64,000 nucleotides of DNA from Nitrospiraceae bacterium (lineage in GTDB: Bacteria; Nitrospirota; Nitrospiria; Nitrospirales; Nitrospiraceae): NCBI GenBank assembly GCA_035457905.1, contig DATIAT010000032.1, positions 10,945-74,944 on the forward strand, in the 5' to 3' direction. Within the stretch, counting starts at the first letter, position 1. Each line of letters starts with the position of its first letter. The notes under the pieces were generated by a model. It worked only from the letters and a program-made list of their open reading frames with translations. It did no database searches and was not told the DNA's origin. The translations under genes were made by a program, and so were the position numbers. Below are positions 9,215 to 17,974 of the stretch, piece after piece.

Positions 9215-10444
9215 TCACAAACGAGCTTTCTCTAGTAGCCACGCGACAGCTCCGGCCCCGGCCGTACGGCCGCTCGCGAAACAGGCTGTGAGCAGGTAGC
9301 CGCCGGTCTGCGCCTCCCAATCAAGCATTTCTCCAGCACAGAAGATGCCTGGAAGCGTACGGACCATCAACCGTGCATCAAGCGCCTCAAAGGGTACTCC
9401 ACCAGCCGTGCTGATCGCCTCCTCCAGAGGACGCGGTGCATTGAGTCGCAACGGCAAAGATTTGATTGCGGCGGCCAGAAGAGCCGGATTCGCGAAATCA
9501 TCTTTTGAAACTATTTCACGAAGCAGGCCCGCCTTCACCCCCTCGATGCCCGCCTGCCGCTGAAGATGCGCCGCCCTTGTACGTTTACCCCGCGGTTTCG
9601 ACAAGTCGTGTGCCAGGCGAGATAGGTCACGATCCGGCACCAGATCGAGGCGTAATGTCGCCGTCCCGTTCGCCAGGATCTCTTCTCGAAGAAAAGCGGA
9701 GGCCGCGTAAATAACTCCACCCTCAACACCGGTCTCCGTGATCACAAATTCCCCTGGATAGCGGAATTCAGCTCCGTCGTTATTTCGCACAACAACAGCC
9801 GCTGACTTGACCGGATGCCCCGCAAACTTTTTCCGGAAATGATCGCTCCAGCTCACATCAAATCCACAGTTCGCCGGCTGCAAGGGTGCAATATGAAGTC
9901 CTCGTTCTTCCAATAGCGGCACCCACGCAGCATTGGAGCCCAACTTCGGCCAGCTGCCGCCTCCGAGCGCAAGGACTGTCGCATCTGTCTGAACAGAATG
10001 ATCTCCCGCTGGCGTGGCAAAACTGAGGGCCCCTTGCCCATCCCATCCGGACCACCGGTGGCGCATGTGAAATCGTACGCCGGCGAGGCGCAGCCGACGC
10101 AGCCACGCGCGCAGCAGCGGTGCCGCCTTGAGATCAAGTGGAAATACTCGGCCGGAAGAGCCTATGAAGGTGTCGATCCCCAAACCACGAGCCCAGGCGC
10201 GGACCGTTTCGGGCCCGAATGACTCGAGCAACGGCGCGAGCTGTGCACGACGTGCTCCATAGCGCGCAAGAAATTTCTCGCACGATTCTGAGTGCGTGAG
10301 ATTCAACCCTCCTTTCCCGGCCAGGAGAAACTTCCGGCCGACCGATGCCATCGCGTCATAGAGGTCAACGCACGCGCCGGCAGCGCTCGCCGCCTCCGCT
10401 GCCATAAGCCCGGCCGGTCCTCCACCGATGACGGCAATCTTCAT
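9215..10444 (-). CDS. NAD(P)/FAD-dependent oxidoreductase, HI0933/YhiN-like flavoprotein
   Basis: 409 aa. N-terminal dinucleotide fold MKIAVIGGGPAGLMAAE. KFLLAGKGGLNLTH and C-terminal IFCAGEMLDWEAQTGGYLL are typical of the HI0933-like family. Confidence 0.75.
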   Translation of the reverse strand: MKIAVIGGGPAGLMAAEAASAAGACVDLYDAMASVGRKFLLAGKGGLNLTHSESCEKFLARYGARRAQLAPLLESFGPETVRAWARGLGIDTFIGSSGRVFPLDLKAAPLLRAWLRRLRLAGVRFHMRHRWSGWDGQGALSFATPAGDHSVQTDATVLALGGGSWPKLGSNAAWVPLLEERGLHIAPLQPANCGFDVSWSDHFRKKFAGHPVKSAAVVVRNNDGAEFRYPGEFVITETGVEGGVIYAASAFLREEILANGTATLRLDLVPDRDLSRLAHDLSKPRGKRTRAAHLQRQAGIEGVKAGLLREIVSKDDFANPALLAAAIKSLPLRLNAPRPLEEAISTAGGVPFEALDARLMVRTLPGIFCAGEMLDWEAQTGGYLLTACFASGRTAGAGAVAWLLEKARL

Positions 10445-10461
10445 CTGTCTCCTGGTGAGTC

Positions 10462-10503
10462 TATGGCGTTTATTTGGTTCATCTGGTTTATTTCGTTCGC
10501 TAC
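10462..10503. repeat. Half copy (left arm only) of the 9-nt periodic repeat
   Basis: tatggcgtt/tatttggtt/catctggtt/tatttcgtt/cgc. No inverted right arm follows. Confidence 0.7.
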
Positions 10504-10531
10504 TGCAATCAGGCTATACTCGTTCATAACG

Positions 10532-10861
10532 ATGGATGAGGAACAGCCTATACAGGTGATTGAACTTCGAATCAGCTACCGCTATGCCACCGCTCACCCT
10601 TGGGTCGTTCAGGCCATCGGAGGCTTCTTATCCGCATATTTCATGGAGTATCCAGGGTTCCGCGTGCAGCGATATCTGGAGGAACTGGAGTCCGGCATGC
10701 ACCTATGGGTATGCGAAGTGCCTTCCGGCATGAAGGTTCTAAGACTCCTAAAACGACTGAAAGAAGATATTCCGCCCTGCCATGCCCAGCAAATCAACAC
10801 CGCTTTGCCCGCGCGACCCCGTTATCTTATCGATTGCCCTGAACAACCATCAGAGTCATAG
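10532..10861 (+). CDS. Hypothetical small protein (109 aa)
   Basis: ATG at 10532 (MDEEQPIQVIELR...). The upstream part of the 189-aa track ORF overlaps the flavoprotein gene and reads through the repeat, so it is discounted. No recognisable motif. Confidence 0.35.
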   Translation: MDEEQPIQVIELRISYRYATAHPWVVQAIGGFLSAYFMEYPGFRVQRYLEELESGMHLWVCEVPSGMKVLRLLKRLKEDIPPCHAQQINTALPARPRYLIDCPEQPSES

Positions 10862-10862
10862 C

Positions 10863-10937
10863 ATCTGGTCTACCTGGTTGATTTGGTTCATCTAGTTAGT
10901 TACGTCCAACCAAATAAACGAGATAAACCAAATAAGG
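10863..10937. repeat. 9-nt periodic hairpin repeat (full copy 2)
   Basis: catctggtc/tacctggtt/gatttggtt/catctagtt, core tctagttag (10891-10899), then inverted units caaccaaataaacgagataaaccaaataagg. Lies between two convergent genes. Confidence 0.8.
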
Positions 10938-10946
10938 CTCTTCTTA

Positions 10947-12326
10947 TTAGGCCTGAGACTTCTCTGACGCTGCAGGGGCAGGCTCGTTGGAAAATTTCTT
11001 GTGCAGGAGTTTTCGGCCGATGAACGTAATCGCCAATGCGAGACCGATCGAGAGCGGAACGAACAATGCCTCGGCTATTTTCGAATTGCGGAGCCAGCCC
11101 ATCTCCTCGAGCCCTCTGAAAATGTAGCCCATGAGCCCGCTGAGATAGTAGGCGATCACAATGACCGACAAGCCCTCAACCGTATACTGGAGAATGGCCT
11201 GGCTCTTCGTCGTCCTGTCGACGCTGGACAAAAGCGTCAAGTTCTGGGATTGGAGCATGAGATCGACGCGGGCCCGAATAATAGAGATGGTCCCTTCAAA
11301 ACCGTTGCGAAGGGTTTCCATCCGCTTCAGAAGTTGTTGATAGCCCTCCGCTACCCCGGTGATTCCGCTGAGAACATACTCCGACATCGGGCGATACTGG
11401 GGAAGCGTACGTTCGCCGAGTGACTCCAGCGTCCGATGCACGATCTTCTCGTAGGGAGCAGCGGCGGACAGCTCGAAGTGCAGTTTGCTGGACAGTCGAG
11501 TGGTTTTCAACAGGTCTTGTGTCAGCCCGTTGAGCCAGCGCTGAAGGGTCAGGGCGTCGGCGTGGCCGATATGTCCGCTGATGATTTCACGCTGCTTCAA
11601 GTGCACCTGCTCGAACTTATAGGCCTGATCGACCGCAGCTGAAAACAACGGCTTCTGCATCAGTAGCAAGTGATAGTAGGTTTCGATTCGGACAATGGCA
11701 TCGACGATGTCTTTCAGATGAGACCTGCTGGCCCTACCGGCCCCTACACTGACCCAATAACGTTCTCGCCCTTGCTCGTCCGGTGTAAAGCTGGTAACCA
11801 GCGTGGTCTCTTCGTCGAGAATCCGGCTGCCATACATGACCGGCCCGGGAAACAGCGGGCGCAACGTCTCACTATCCGGTAACGACTCAGCCCTCAGCAT
11901 GATATCCAAATGGCATACTTCTGCACCGAGCACCGCGACTGGAAACCGATAGTCGGGAAAGATTATCGGGCCAAAGGCTATTGCCCCTGCTTGGGTGGGG
12001 AGAATATGCCAGACTTGATAGCTGTAGTACTCCGTGTGCGCTTGCCAGATTACGATCAGCCGATCGCCGGTCTCAGCCGTTTTCATGCCATAGCCAAACA
12101 CTTCTTTAATGACCACAGCATCCGCGGAGAACTTACAGGCTTCCAGGAAAGACCGGAACTCGTCACGACTCGCAGGACGCTGCACCGGCGGATCGCTCAT
12201 GCGAAACGTTTTGTAGTGTACGTGCGACGGGGCTTGCAGCCACTCGGCCCAGACCATCTGTGGCCGCTCGTGTAGCTTCCGAACAAGGTCGCCGGCATCC
12301 GGCTTGGTAATCTCAGGCTCTGTCAT
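10947..12326 (-). CDS. DUF3422-like membrane-anchored protein
   Basis: 459 aa. WQAHTEYYSYQVWH resembles the ERHTEF-type motif I associate with DUF3422. Two C-terminal TM helices. The family call is from memory only. Confidence 0.5.
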   Translation of the reverse strand: MTEPEITKPDAGDLVRKLHERPQMVWAEWLQAPSHVHYKTFRMSDPPVQRPASRDEFRSFLEACKFSADAVVIKEVFGYGMKTAETGDRLIVIWQAHTEYYSYQVWHILPTQAGAIAFGPIIFPDYRFPVAVLGAEVCHLDIMLRAESLPDSETLRPLFPGPVMYGSRILDEETTLVTSFTPDEQGRERYWVSVGAGRASRSHLKDIVDAIVRIETYYHLLLMQKPLFSAAVDQAYKFEQVHLKQREIISGHIGHADALTLQRWLNGLTQDLLKTTRLSSKLHFELSAAAPYEKIVHRTLESLGERTLPQYRPMSEYVLSGITGVAEGYQQLLKRMETLRNGFEGTISIIRARVDLMLQSQNLTLLSSVDRTTKSQAILQYTVEGLSVIVIAYYLSGLMGYIFRGLEEMGWLRNSKIAEALFVPLSIGLALAITFIGRKLLHKKFSNEPAPAASEKSQA

Positions 12327-12682
12327 GCTGTGGCCCTGGAGGTGAAAAGAAGGAACAGGAAACGGTCCCAGGCTACTGTCTTGCCGGCAAACCTGTCAAC
12401 TGACCGTCAGTCGAACGCACAAGAAGTAGAAGCTTCAGTCCCGCCCATCAGGCTCACAACAGGCGCTTGTGATTGCTGCAGAGATGCGTGCAAACGTACG
12501 ACAGAACTCCAGGTCTGTATCTTTTCTTTTTCTGTCGTATCTGTACTGATACGCACACGACCCGCCAAAAGTAGCAGTGAGCATCGAATTCTCATTCTTC
12601 CCGCATTTCAACGAGCGACACACTCCCGGCACAGGGGTTGCTATTTCTTTCCTCCACGACCGCCACGTCGATTGAAAGATAG

Positions 12683-13063
12683 ATGTTCATGGAAAATGCG
12701 TTTCCCGTTGTCTTTGAATCCGATTGCCGTTCTCCTCAGAAAGACCTCCGGCGGCATGATCGCCGGCCGGTCAATTTTCGTGTTGCCGTGGCAGACAAAT
12801 CTGGAATAACCGAGGGACAGATTCTCAACCTGTCCCTGAGCGGGTGTGGGCTGCGCCTGAGAAAACGTCTCATGCGAGAACAGTATCTTTGGTTCAAGAT
12901 CTACCCTGAACAGGGGAGAACGACACCGATCTGTGACCTGGTACGTGTGAGGTGGGTAGATGGCGAAGGAGTGGGAGTCGAATTCTTGTGTGTCACGCTG
13001 GAGAGCCTCCAGCGATTCCATAGACTCTTTGGCGATCGCACCACTTTAGTACTGGAAACCTAA
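12683..13063 (+). CDS. PilZ-domain protein (canonical c-di-GMP-binding motifs)
   Basis: 126 aa. RRHDRR (RxxxR) followed 22 residues later by NLSLSGCG (D/NxSxxG). Confidence 0.8.
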   Translation: MFMENAFPVVFESDCRSPQKDLRRHDRRPVNFRVAVADKSGITEGQILNLSLSGCGLRLRKRLMREQYLWFKIYPEQGRTTPICDLVRVRWVDGEGVGVEFLCVTLESLQRFHRLFGDRTTLVLET

Positions 13064-13155
13064 CGACGCGTGAATGCGCTCTCTCCCATGTGTTAGCTGA
13101 AACCATCGAAACAAGACTCCCATTCGGTTCCGCCGGTTCTCCAATCAAAAGAAGC

Positions 13156-14370
13156 TCAAGTGGCCTCGTCGTCCCGTATCATCATCGTGCTGCTCATTGT
13201 TTCCGGTCTTCCAAGAAAGTTCAGCCATAAAAACCCACTGGTTCCTGCTATCAGTGACGCGAATAGAATTGCCATCTTCGAGGCGTTTGTTATCCCTGCA
13301 TTTCCGACAAAAGCAAGGTTGGCAATGAAAATCGACATCGTAAATCCGATTCCGCCAAGTATCCCAGCTCCGATGAGATGCCGCCAGTTCAAATCGGGAG
13401 GCAAACGGCATAACCCGCTACCAACGGCGATAAAACACAGAAGCATCACCCCCAGCGGTTTGCCCAGAAGTAACCCGGCGGCGATGCCGATGCTGTTCGT
13501 GCTGGTCATGTCTTGGATCCAATCAGCGCCCACAAGGATGCCCGTATTCGCCAGTGCAAATATCGGCAGAATGATAAATGCAACCGGTTTGTGCAAAAAC
13601 AGTTCGAGTTTGTGCGATGGCGACTGCTCGTCGTCTTCTTTGGCTGAGAATGGGATGGCAAAAGCAAGCGCAACGCCGGCAATCGTCGCGTGAACACCTG
13701 ACTGAAGCATGAGAAACCACATCAATGCGCCGCCGAATAAATAGGGAGCGAGAGACATGACCCGGAAGAAACGATTGAGCGCAAACAACAGGATCCATAC
13801 CCCTACTGCACCGGCGAGAAACCAAACCGACAGTTGCTTCGTGTAGAACGCGGCAATCACGACGATCGCCCCCAAATCGTCTATGATGGCGAACGCCACA
13901 ACAAATACTTTCAGTGACGCAGGAATGCGATTTCCAAGAATCGCCAGAACCCCAAGAGCAAATGCGATGTCCGTAGCCATAGGAATGCCGGCGCCGTCTT
14001 GAGTCGGTGTCCCCGCATTGATCGAGAAATGAATCAACGCCGGCGCAACCATTCCCCCAACAGCCGCAACAATCGGAAGCAATGCGTTCTTAACATCAGA
14101 CAACTCGCCGTTGTACAGTTCGCGCTCGAGTTCCAAGCCGATGAAGAGAAAGAAGATTGCCATCAACCCGTCGTTGATCCAATGCTCAAGACTGAGACCT
14201 CCCCCATATTCCTGCCACAGGCTCAAATATGTTTCGCCGACTGAGGAATTCGCCATCACGAGCGAAAGCATCGTGCAAACGATCAGAAAAACCCCGCTCG
14301 CCTTCTCCGAGGCGAAGAATTTGTTGAACGAGTCCGTTAAGTGTTGCTGTACAGTGCCCATTGTCGCCAT
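13156..14370 (-). CDS. nhaA: Na+/H+ antiporter NhaA
   Basis: 404 aa polytopic protein. LEHWINDGLMAIFFLFIGLELEREL and AFAIIDDLGAIVVIA are NhaA signatures. Confidence 0.92.
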   Translation of the reverse strand: MATMGTVQQHLTDSFNKFFASEKASGVFLIVCTMLSLVMANSSVGETYLSLWQEYGGGLSLEHWINDGLMAIFFLFIGLELERELYNGELSDVKNALLPIVAAVGGMVAPALIHFSINAGTPTQDGAGIPMATDIAFALGVLAILGNRIPASLKVFVVAFAIIDDLGAIVVIAAFYTKQLSVWFLAGAVGVWILLFALNRFFRVMSLAPYLFGGALMWFLMLQSGVHATIAGVALAFAIPFSAKEDDEQSPSHKLELFLHKPVAFIILPIFALANTGILVGADWIQDMTSTNSIGIAAGLLLGKPLGVMLLCFIAVGSGLCRLPPDLNWRHLIGAGILGGIGFTMSIFIANLAFVGNAGITNASKMAILFASLIAGTSGFLWLNFLGRPETMSSTMMIRDDEAT

Positions 14371-14676
14371 CTAGATAAAGTGTCGTTCGAGCAAAGGAAT
14401 GGCGCGACAATAACACAGATAGGGAAAAGCCGCTCAGCACATAAGGGAACTCGGAATGACGGACAAGGCAGGGGTGGCAGAGCCCTTCGCTCCAGCGCCT
14501 CCTGGAACGGCCCTTTCGGACTGTGGCTGGTGGAAACCTTCGGAAGTTCTATCGCAGACTCAGTCAGTTTCCGCTTTCCTTCCTGGCAAAGTCGCGATGG
14601 GCACCCCGTTCCTCCGGCGAATTGCGCCCCAGGCTATGCCACCCCGCGATGAAAATCTACGACAAATAAAAATACG

Positions 14677-14709
14677 AAGGGGACAGGCCGCTTACAAGCC
14701 TGTCCCCTT
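14677..14709 (-). terminator. Intrinsic-terminator-like hairpin read on the minus strand
   Basis: Perfect 12-bp stem aaggggacaggc (14677-14688) / gcctgtcccctt (14698-14709) with a 9-nt loop. On the minus strand it is followed by cgTATTTTTATTTg. No annotated minus-strand gene ends here. Confidence 0.6.
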
Positions 14710-15234
14710 AATGCTTCGCCAGGCTAGAGTCTCTTGCAACGTAACTGCAAACCTACCGCAGTTGATATTGGTAAGAGTGCAGTATTTGGTCAGACTCTCG
14801 GCAAACACAATGCGCGCGGAATGAGGATTCTTCTTCAGAATTGCCACTTTTTCCTTGAGCCGGCCCATCGTGAGTCGTGCCAGACTAGGCTGAGTGGAGT
14901 TTGCATACCCAAATTGACCAAGCAGTCCTTCCCGTCGTCCCGATGCCCCATTTCATCTTCAAGGGTAGCTTGGTTCACCCTCGATTGCGCGCGTCGAATG
15001 AAGGCCTTTCGATTATCTAAACCATCATTCAAGGGAGTGGCCTAGGCTGCCCTTTACTGCGAGCAAGAAGGGCACCTGGCCGCTCAATCTCATTCTTCTA
15101 CGACTGTGCGTTGCGCGAGCGCAGGAGACCAACAGGCTACCCTTCTTTCCCCTTCTTCTAGTTTTCTTCTCCGCCAGGTGTTACAACATCCTCTGACGCT
15201 TCACGTGCTGCTTTGAGCAAGAGAAGGAACTTTT

Positions 15235-16845
15235 ATGTCTTTGCCGATTGAGAAATCGTTGTCGGATGAATTGGCGCGGGAAGTGGCCCGTCGGCGCACG
15301 TTCGCCATTATTTCGCATCCGGACGCTGGAAAAACCACGCTGACTGAGAAACTTCTCCTCTATGCCGGCGCAGTGCATCTTGCCGGCGCGGTGCAGGCGC
15401 GGTCACACCAGCGCAAGGCTAAGTCGGATTGGATGGAACTCGAGCAGGCGCGCGGCATCTCCATCACCTCCACCGCACTGCAGTTCGACTATCAGGGCGT
15501 GCGAATAAACCTGCTCGATACGCCGGGCCACCAGGATTTCAGCGAAGACACCTACCGCACCCTGATGGCAGTGGACAGTGCGGTCATGGTACTCGACTGC
15601 GCCAAGGGCATCGAGCCTCAAACCAAGAAACTTTTCGCGGTCTGTCGCAAACGCAATATTCCGATCATGACCTTTATCAACAAGCTGGATCTGCCTGGCC
15701 GCCAACCGTTCGAACTTCTCGAAGAGATCGAACAGACCTTGGGCATGACCGCAGTTCCCTTCAATTGGCCTATCGGAGAAGGTTCCGGATTTCAGGGACT
15801 GTACGACCTTCAAGAATCTGAGGTTCTGTTCTTTCAGCGAACGCTGCATAACCAACGCAGAGCGCCGATGTGGGTTGAGGCGTTCCCCCACCCGAGCCTG
15901 GCAGACACACTCGGCGCGGCCTATGATCCGCTGCAGGAAGACATTGCATTGCTGACCGGCGCCGGTGCGAAATTCGATCGCAACCGCTTTCTCGCCGGCG
16001 ATCTTACACCGATATTTTTCGGGAGCGCCCTGACGAACTTCGGCGTTGAACCCTTTCTGAACGGCTTCCTCCAACTCGCGCCTCCGCCTGGCGCACGCAT
16101 GAGCTCCGACGGACTGGTCCAGCCGGCAGACGACAAGTTCTCCGGATTTGTGTTCAAAATTCAGGCGAACATGGATCCACAACATCGTGACCGGATGGCA
16201 TTTTTGCGCATCGTTTCGGGCCGTTTCGAAAAGGACATGATGGTCTATCATGCACGGCTGAAGCGCGAGATTCGGATGACACGACCGCACCGGCTCTTCG
16301 GCCGGGACCGGGAAACGATTGAAGAGGCCTATCCGGGCGACGTCGTCGGGCTCGTAAATCCCGGTATTTTTGCCATCGGCGATACACTCTGCTCCGGCAC
16401 TCCTCTCGCCTTCGATGCCATTCCACAATTTCCCCCTGAGTGTTTTGGCGTGCTTCGAAGCCAGGACCTCACCAAACAGAAACAGTTTCAGAAAGGACTC
16501 CAGCAGCTCGAAGAAGAAGGAGTGATGCAAGTGCTCTATTCACCGGATCATGTACGCCGGGAGCCTATCCTCGCCGTCGTGGGGGAACTCCAATTCGACG
16601 TCGTCGCTTCACGCCTTGAAAGCGAATATGGGGTCAAGACAACGGTCGAGAGGATGCCATTTGTTCTTGCACGTTGGGTGACCGGCGATCCCGACGCGAT
16701 CGCACGCATCTATTGGCCACACGACACGCGCCGGCTCGTCGACAAGGACGGCAGGATGGTGATGCTCTTCGGGTCGGAACGGCTACTCGTCTACTGTATG
16801 AAAGAATATACTTCCCTGAAGTTCCATTTGCGGGAAGAAATCTAA
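15235..16845 (+). CDS. prfC: Peptide chain release factor 3 (GTPase)
   Basis: 536 aa. RRTFAIISHPDAGKTTLTEKLL, DTPGHQDF, NKLD. Confidence 0.95.
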   Translation: MSLPIEKSLSDELAREVARRRTFAIISHPDAGKTTLTEKLLLYAGAVHLAGAVQARSHQRKAKSDWMELEQARGISITSTALQFDYQGVRINLLDTPGHQDFSEDTYRTLMAVDSAVMVLDCAKGIEPQTKKLFAVCRKRNIPIMTFINKLDLPGRQPFELLEEIEQTLGMTAVPFNWPIGEGSGFQGLYDLQESEVLFFQRTLHNQRRAPMWVEAFPHPSLADTLGAAYDPLQEDIALLTGAGAKFDRNRFLAGDLTPIFFGSALTNFGVEPFLNGFLQLAPPPGARMSSDGLVQPADDKFSGFVFKIQANMDPQHRDRMAFLRIVSGRFEKDMMVYHARLKREIRMTRPHRLFGRDRETIEEAYPGDVVGLVNPGIFAIGDTLCSGTPLAFDAIPQFPPECFGVLRSQDLTKQKQFQKGLQQLEEEGVMQVLYSPDHVRREPILAVVGELQFDVVASRLESEYGVKTTVERMPFVLARWVTGDPDAIARIYWPHDTRRLVDKDGRMVMLFGSERLLVYCMKEYTSLKFHLREEI

Positions 16846-17267
16846 GAAGTAGAACGGTAGCGTTGGCTCTCCCGTCTGGCCATTCCCGATTGTCGCGCGT
16901 CGCTTGCGCTTTCGCGCTTAATGCGCCGCTGTCTTTCGCGTGGCCGAAGAAGTACAGCGTCTATCTTCCTCAAAAATCAACGTTCCACTCAGCAATGTTG
17001 CAATAATCTCATACGGTCTCCCTACAGGTCACCGTTTAATAGCCCCCTCGCCACAGTTTATCTTCAGGCTTTTCCATCACAATCCTTGTCCTGCTATGGC
17101 ACACACCTTGCGTAGTTTCCACTGTAAAAACTGATTCGTTCGCTTCGTAGCTCGCTCCTCGGTCGACCGAGCCAGTTAGGCAATCCGAGATACGTTCTTG
17201 CACGTGAGAAGTTGGCATCTATGGGGATGGTCCGTTTGCTGCCAATGAGAGCAAAAGGAGTTTTGGC

Positions 17268-17639
17268 GTGAACTGGGTCAGAGTGGTCGCAGGTCTTCGT
17301 GTGTTGTGGTCGAATAGCGCGTGGAGCGCAATCTTGACGTGGAATCCCAACAGTGAATCGGATCTGGCGGGTTATCGCATATATCGTTGCAGTCAGCAAC
17401 TCTGTACGCGGACGTCTGGTAGAGCGTCTCTTCTCGCCACGTTGGGCAAGGTGACGAGTTTCAACATGGGAACGCCTGCAGAAATCACGTACTACTTCGC
17501 TACGGCCTACGATTTTCGCAATAATGAATCGGGCCCGAGCAATCTCGCGACCTTCATACCACCCGGATCCCCGCCACCTCCGCCTTCTCCGGATGCACCG
17601 CCGACCCCGATCGGTTTACGCTTTACTGACGTACAATAA
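17268..17639 (+). CDS. Small fibronectin-type-III-like protein with a Pro-rich tail
   Basis: GTG start preceded by AAAGGAG. LTWNPNSESDLAGYRIYR...YYFATAYDFRNNESGPS is an FN3-like pattern, followed by PPGSPPPPPSPDAPPTP. No obvious signal peptide. Confidence 0.5.
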   Translation: MNWVRVVAGLRVLWSNSAWSAILTWNPNSESDLAGYRIYRCSQQLCTRTSGRASLLATLGKVTSFNMGTPAEITYYFATAYDFRNNESGPSNLATFIPPGSPPPPPSPDAPPTPIGLRFTDVQ

Positions 17640-17974
17640 AGCCCGTTGCGATCGAGAACTGGAACGCTTTCTTCCCACAATAGCGGATTGAGCCTGGCAG
17701 GACTGGTTTAGCAGTAGCCTCCTGGAAACGAGGCAGTTCCATACATAGGAGTAGGCCTGTTCTCTCTGCCGCATCGTCAGCCGTTCGAAGCCCTACAAAT
17801 TGCGTCATAACCTGCCCGAAGCATCTTTTTCGCTCCGACCCGCACGCCTTCATTTGTCGCATAACCCTGTGTTTACAAGCATCGTAGGCAAATTAACCGC
17901 AGCGGCAATCGGTACTTTCCTTGCTTTGCTTTTTTCTTACTTTATGATGAACGCAGCTAAACGAAGGAAGCCTC

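Noticed and set aside
12330-12809. 159-aa plus-strand ORF upstream of and overlapping the PilZ gene start.
   Set aside because: It has no recognisable motif, it overlaps the well-supported PilZ ORF in another frame, and its composition is atypical (Arg/Ser/Cys-rich).
14692-15032. Possible relic of an IS3-family orfA: the minus-strand reading ...LARLTMGRLKEKVAILKKNPHSARIVFAES faintly resembles the leucine-zipper/ILKKA..FFA end of IS3 OrfA proteins.
   Set aside because: The resemblance covers fewer than 25 residues with an insertion. No HTH region, frameshift motif, orfB remnant or inverted repeats are visible nearby. It is too weak to call without a database search.
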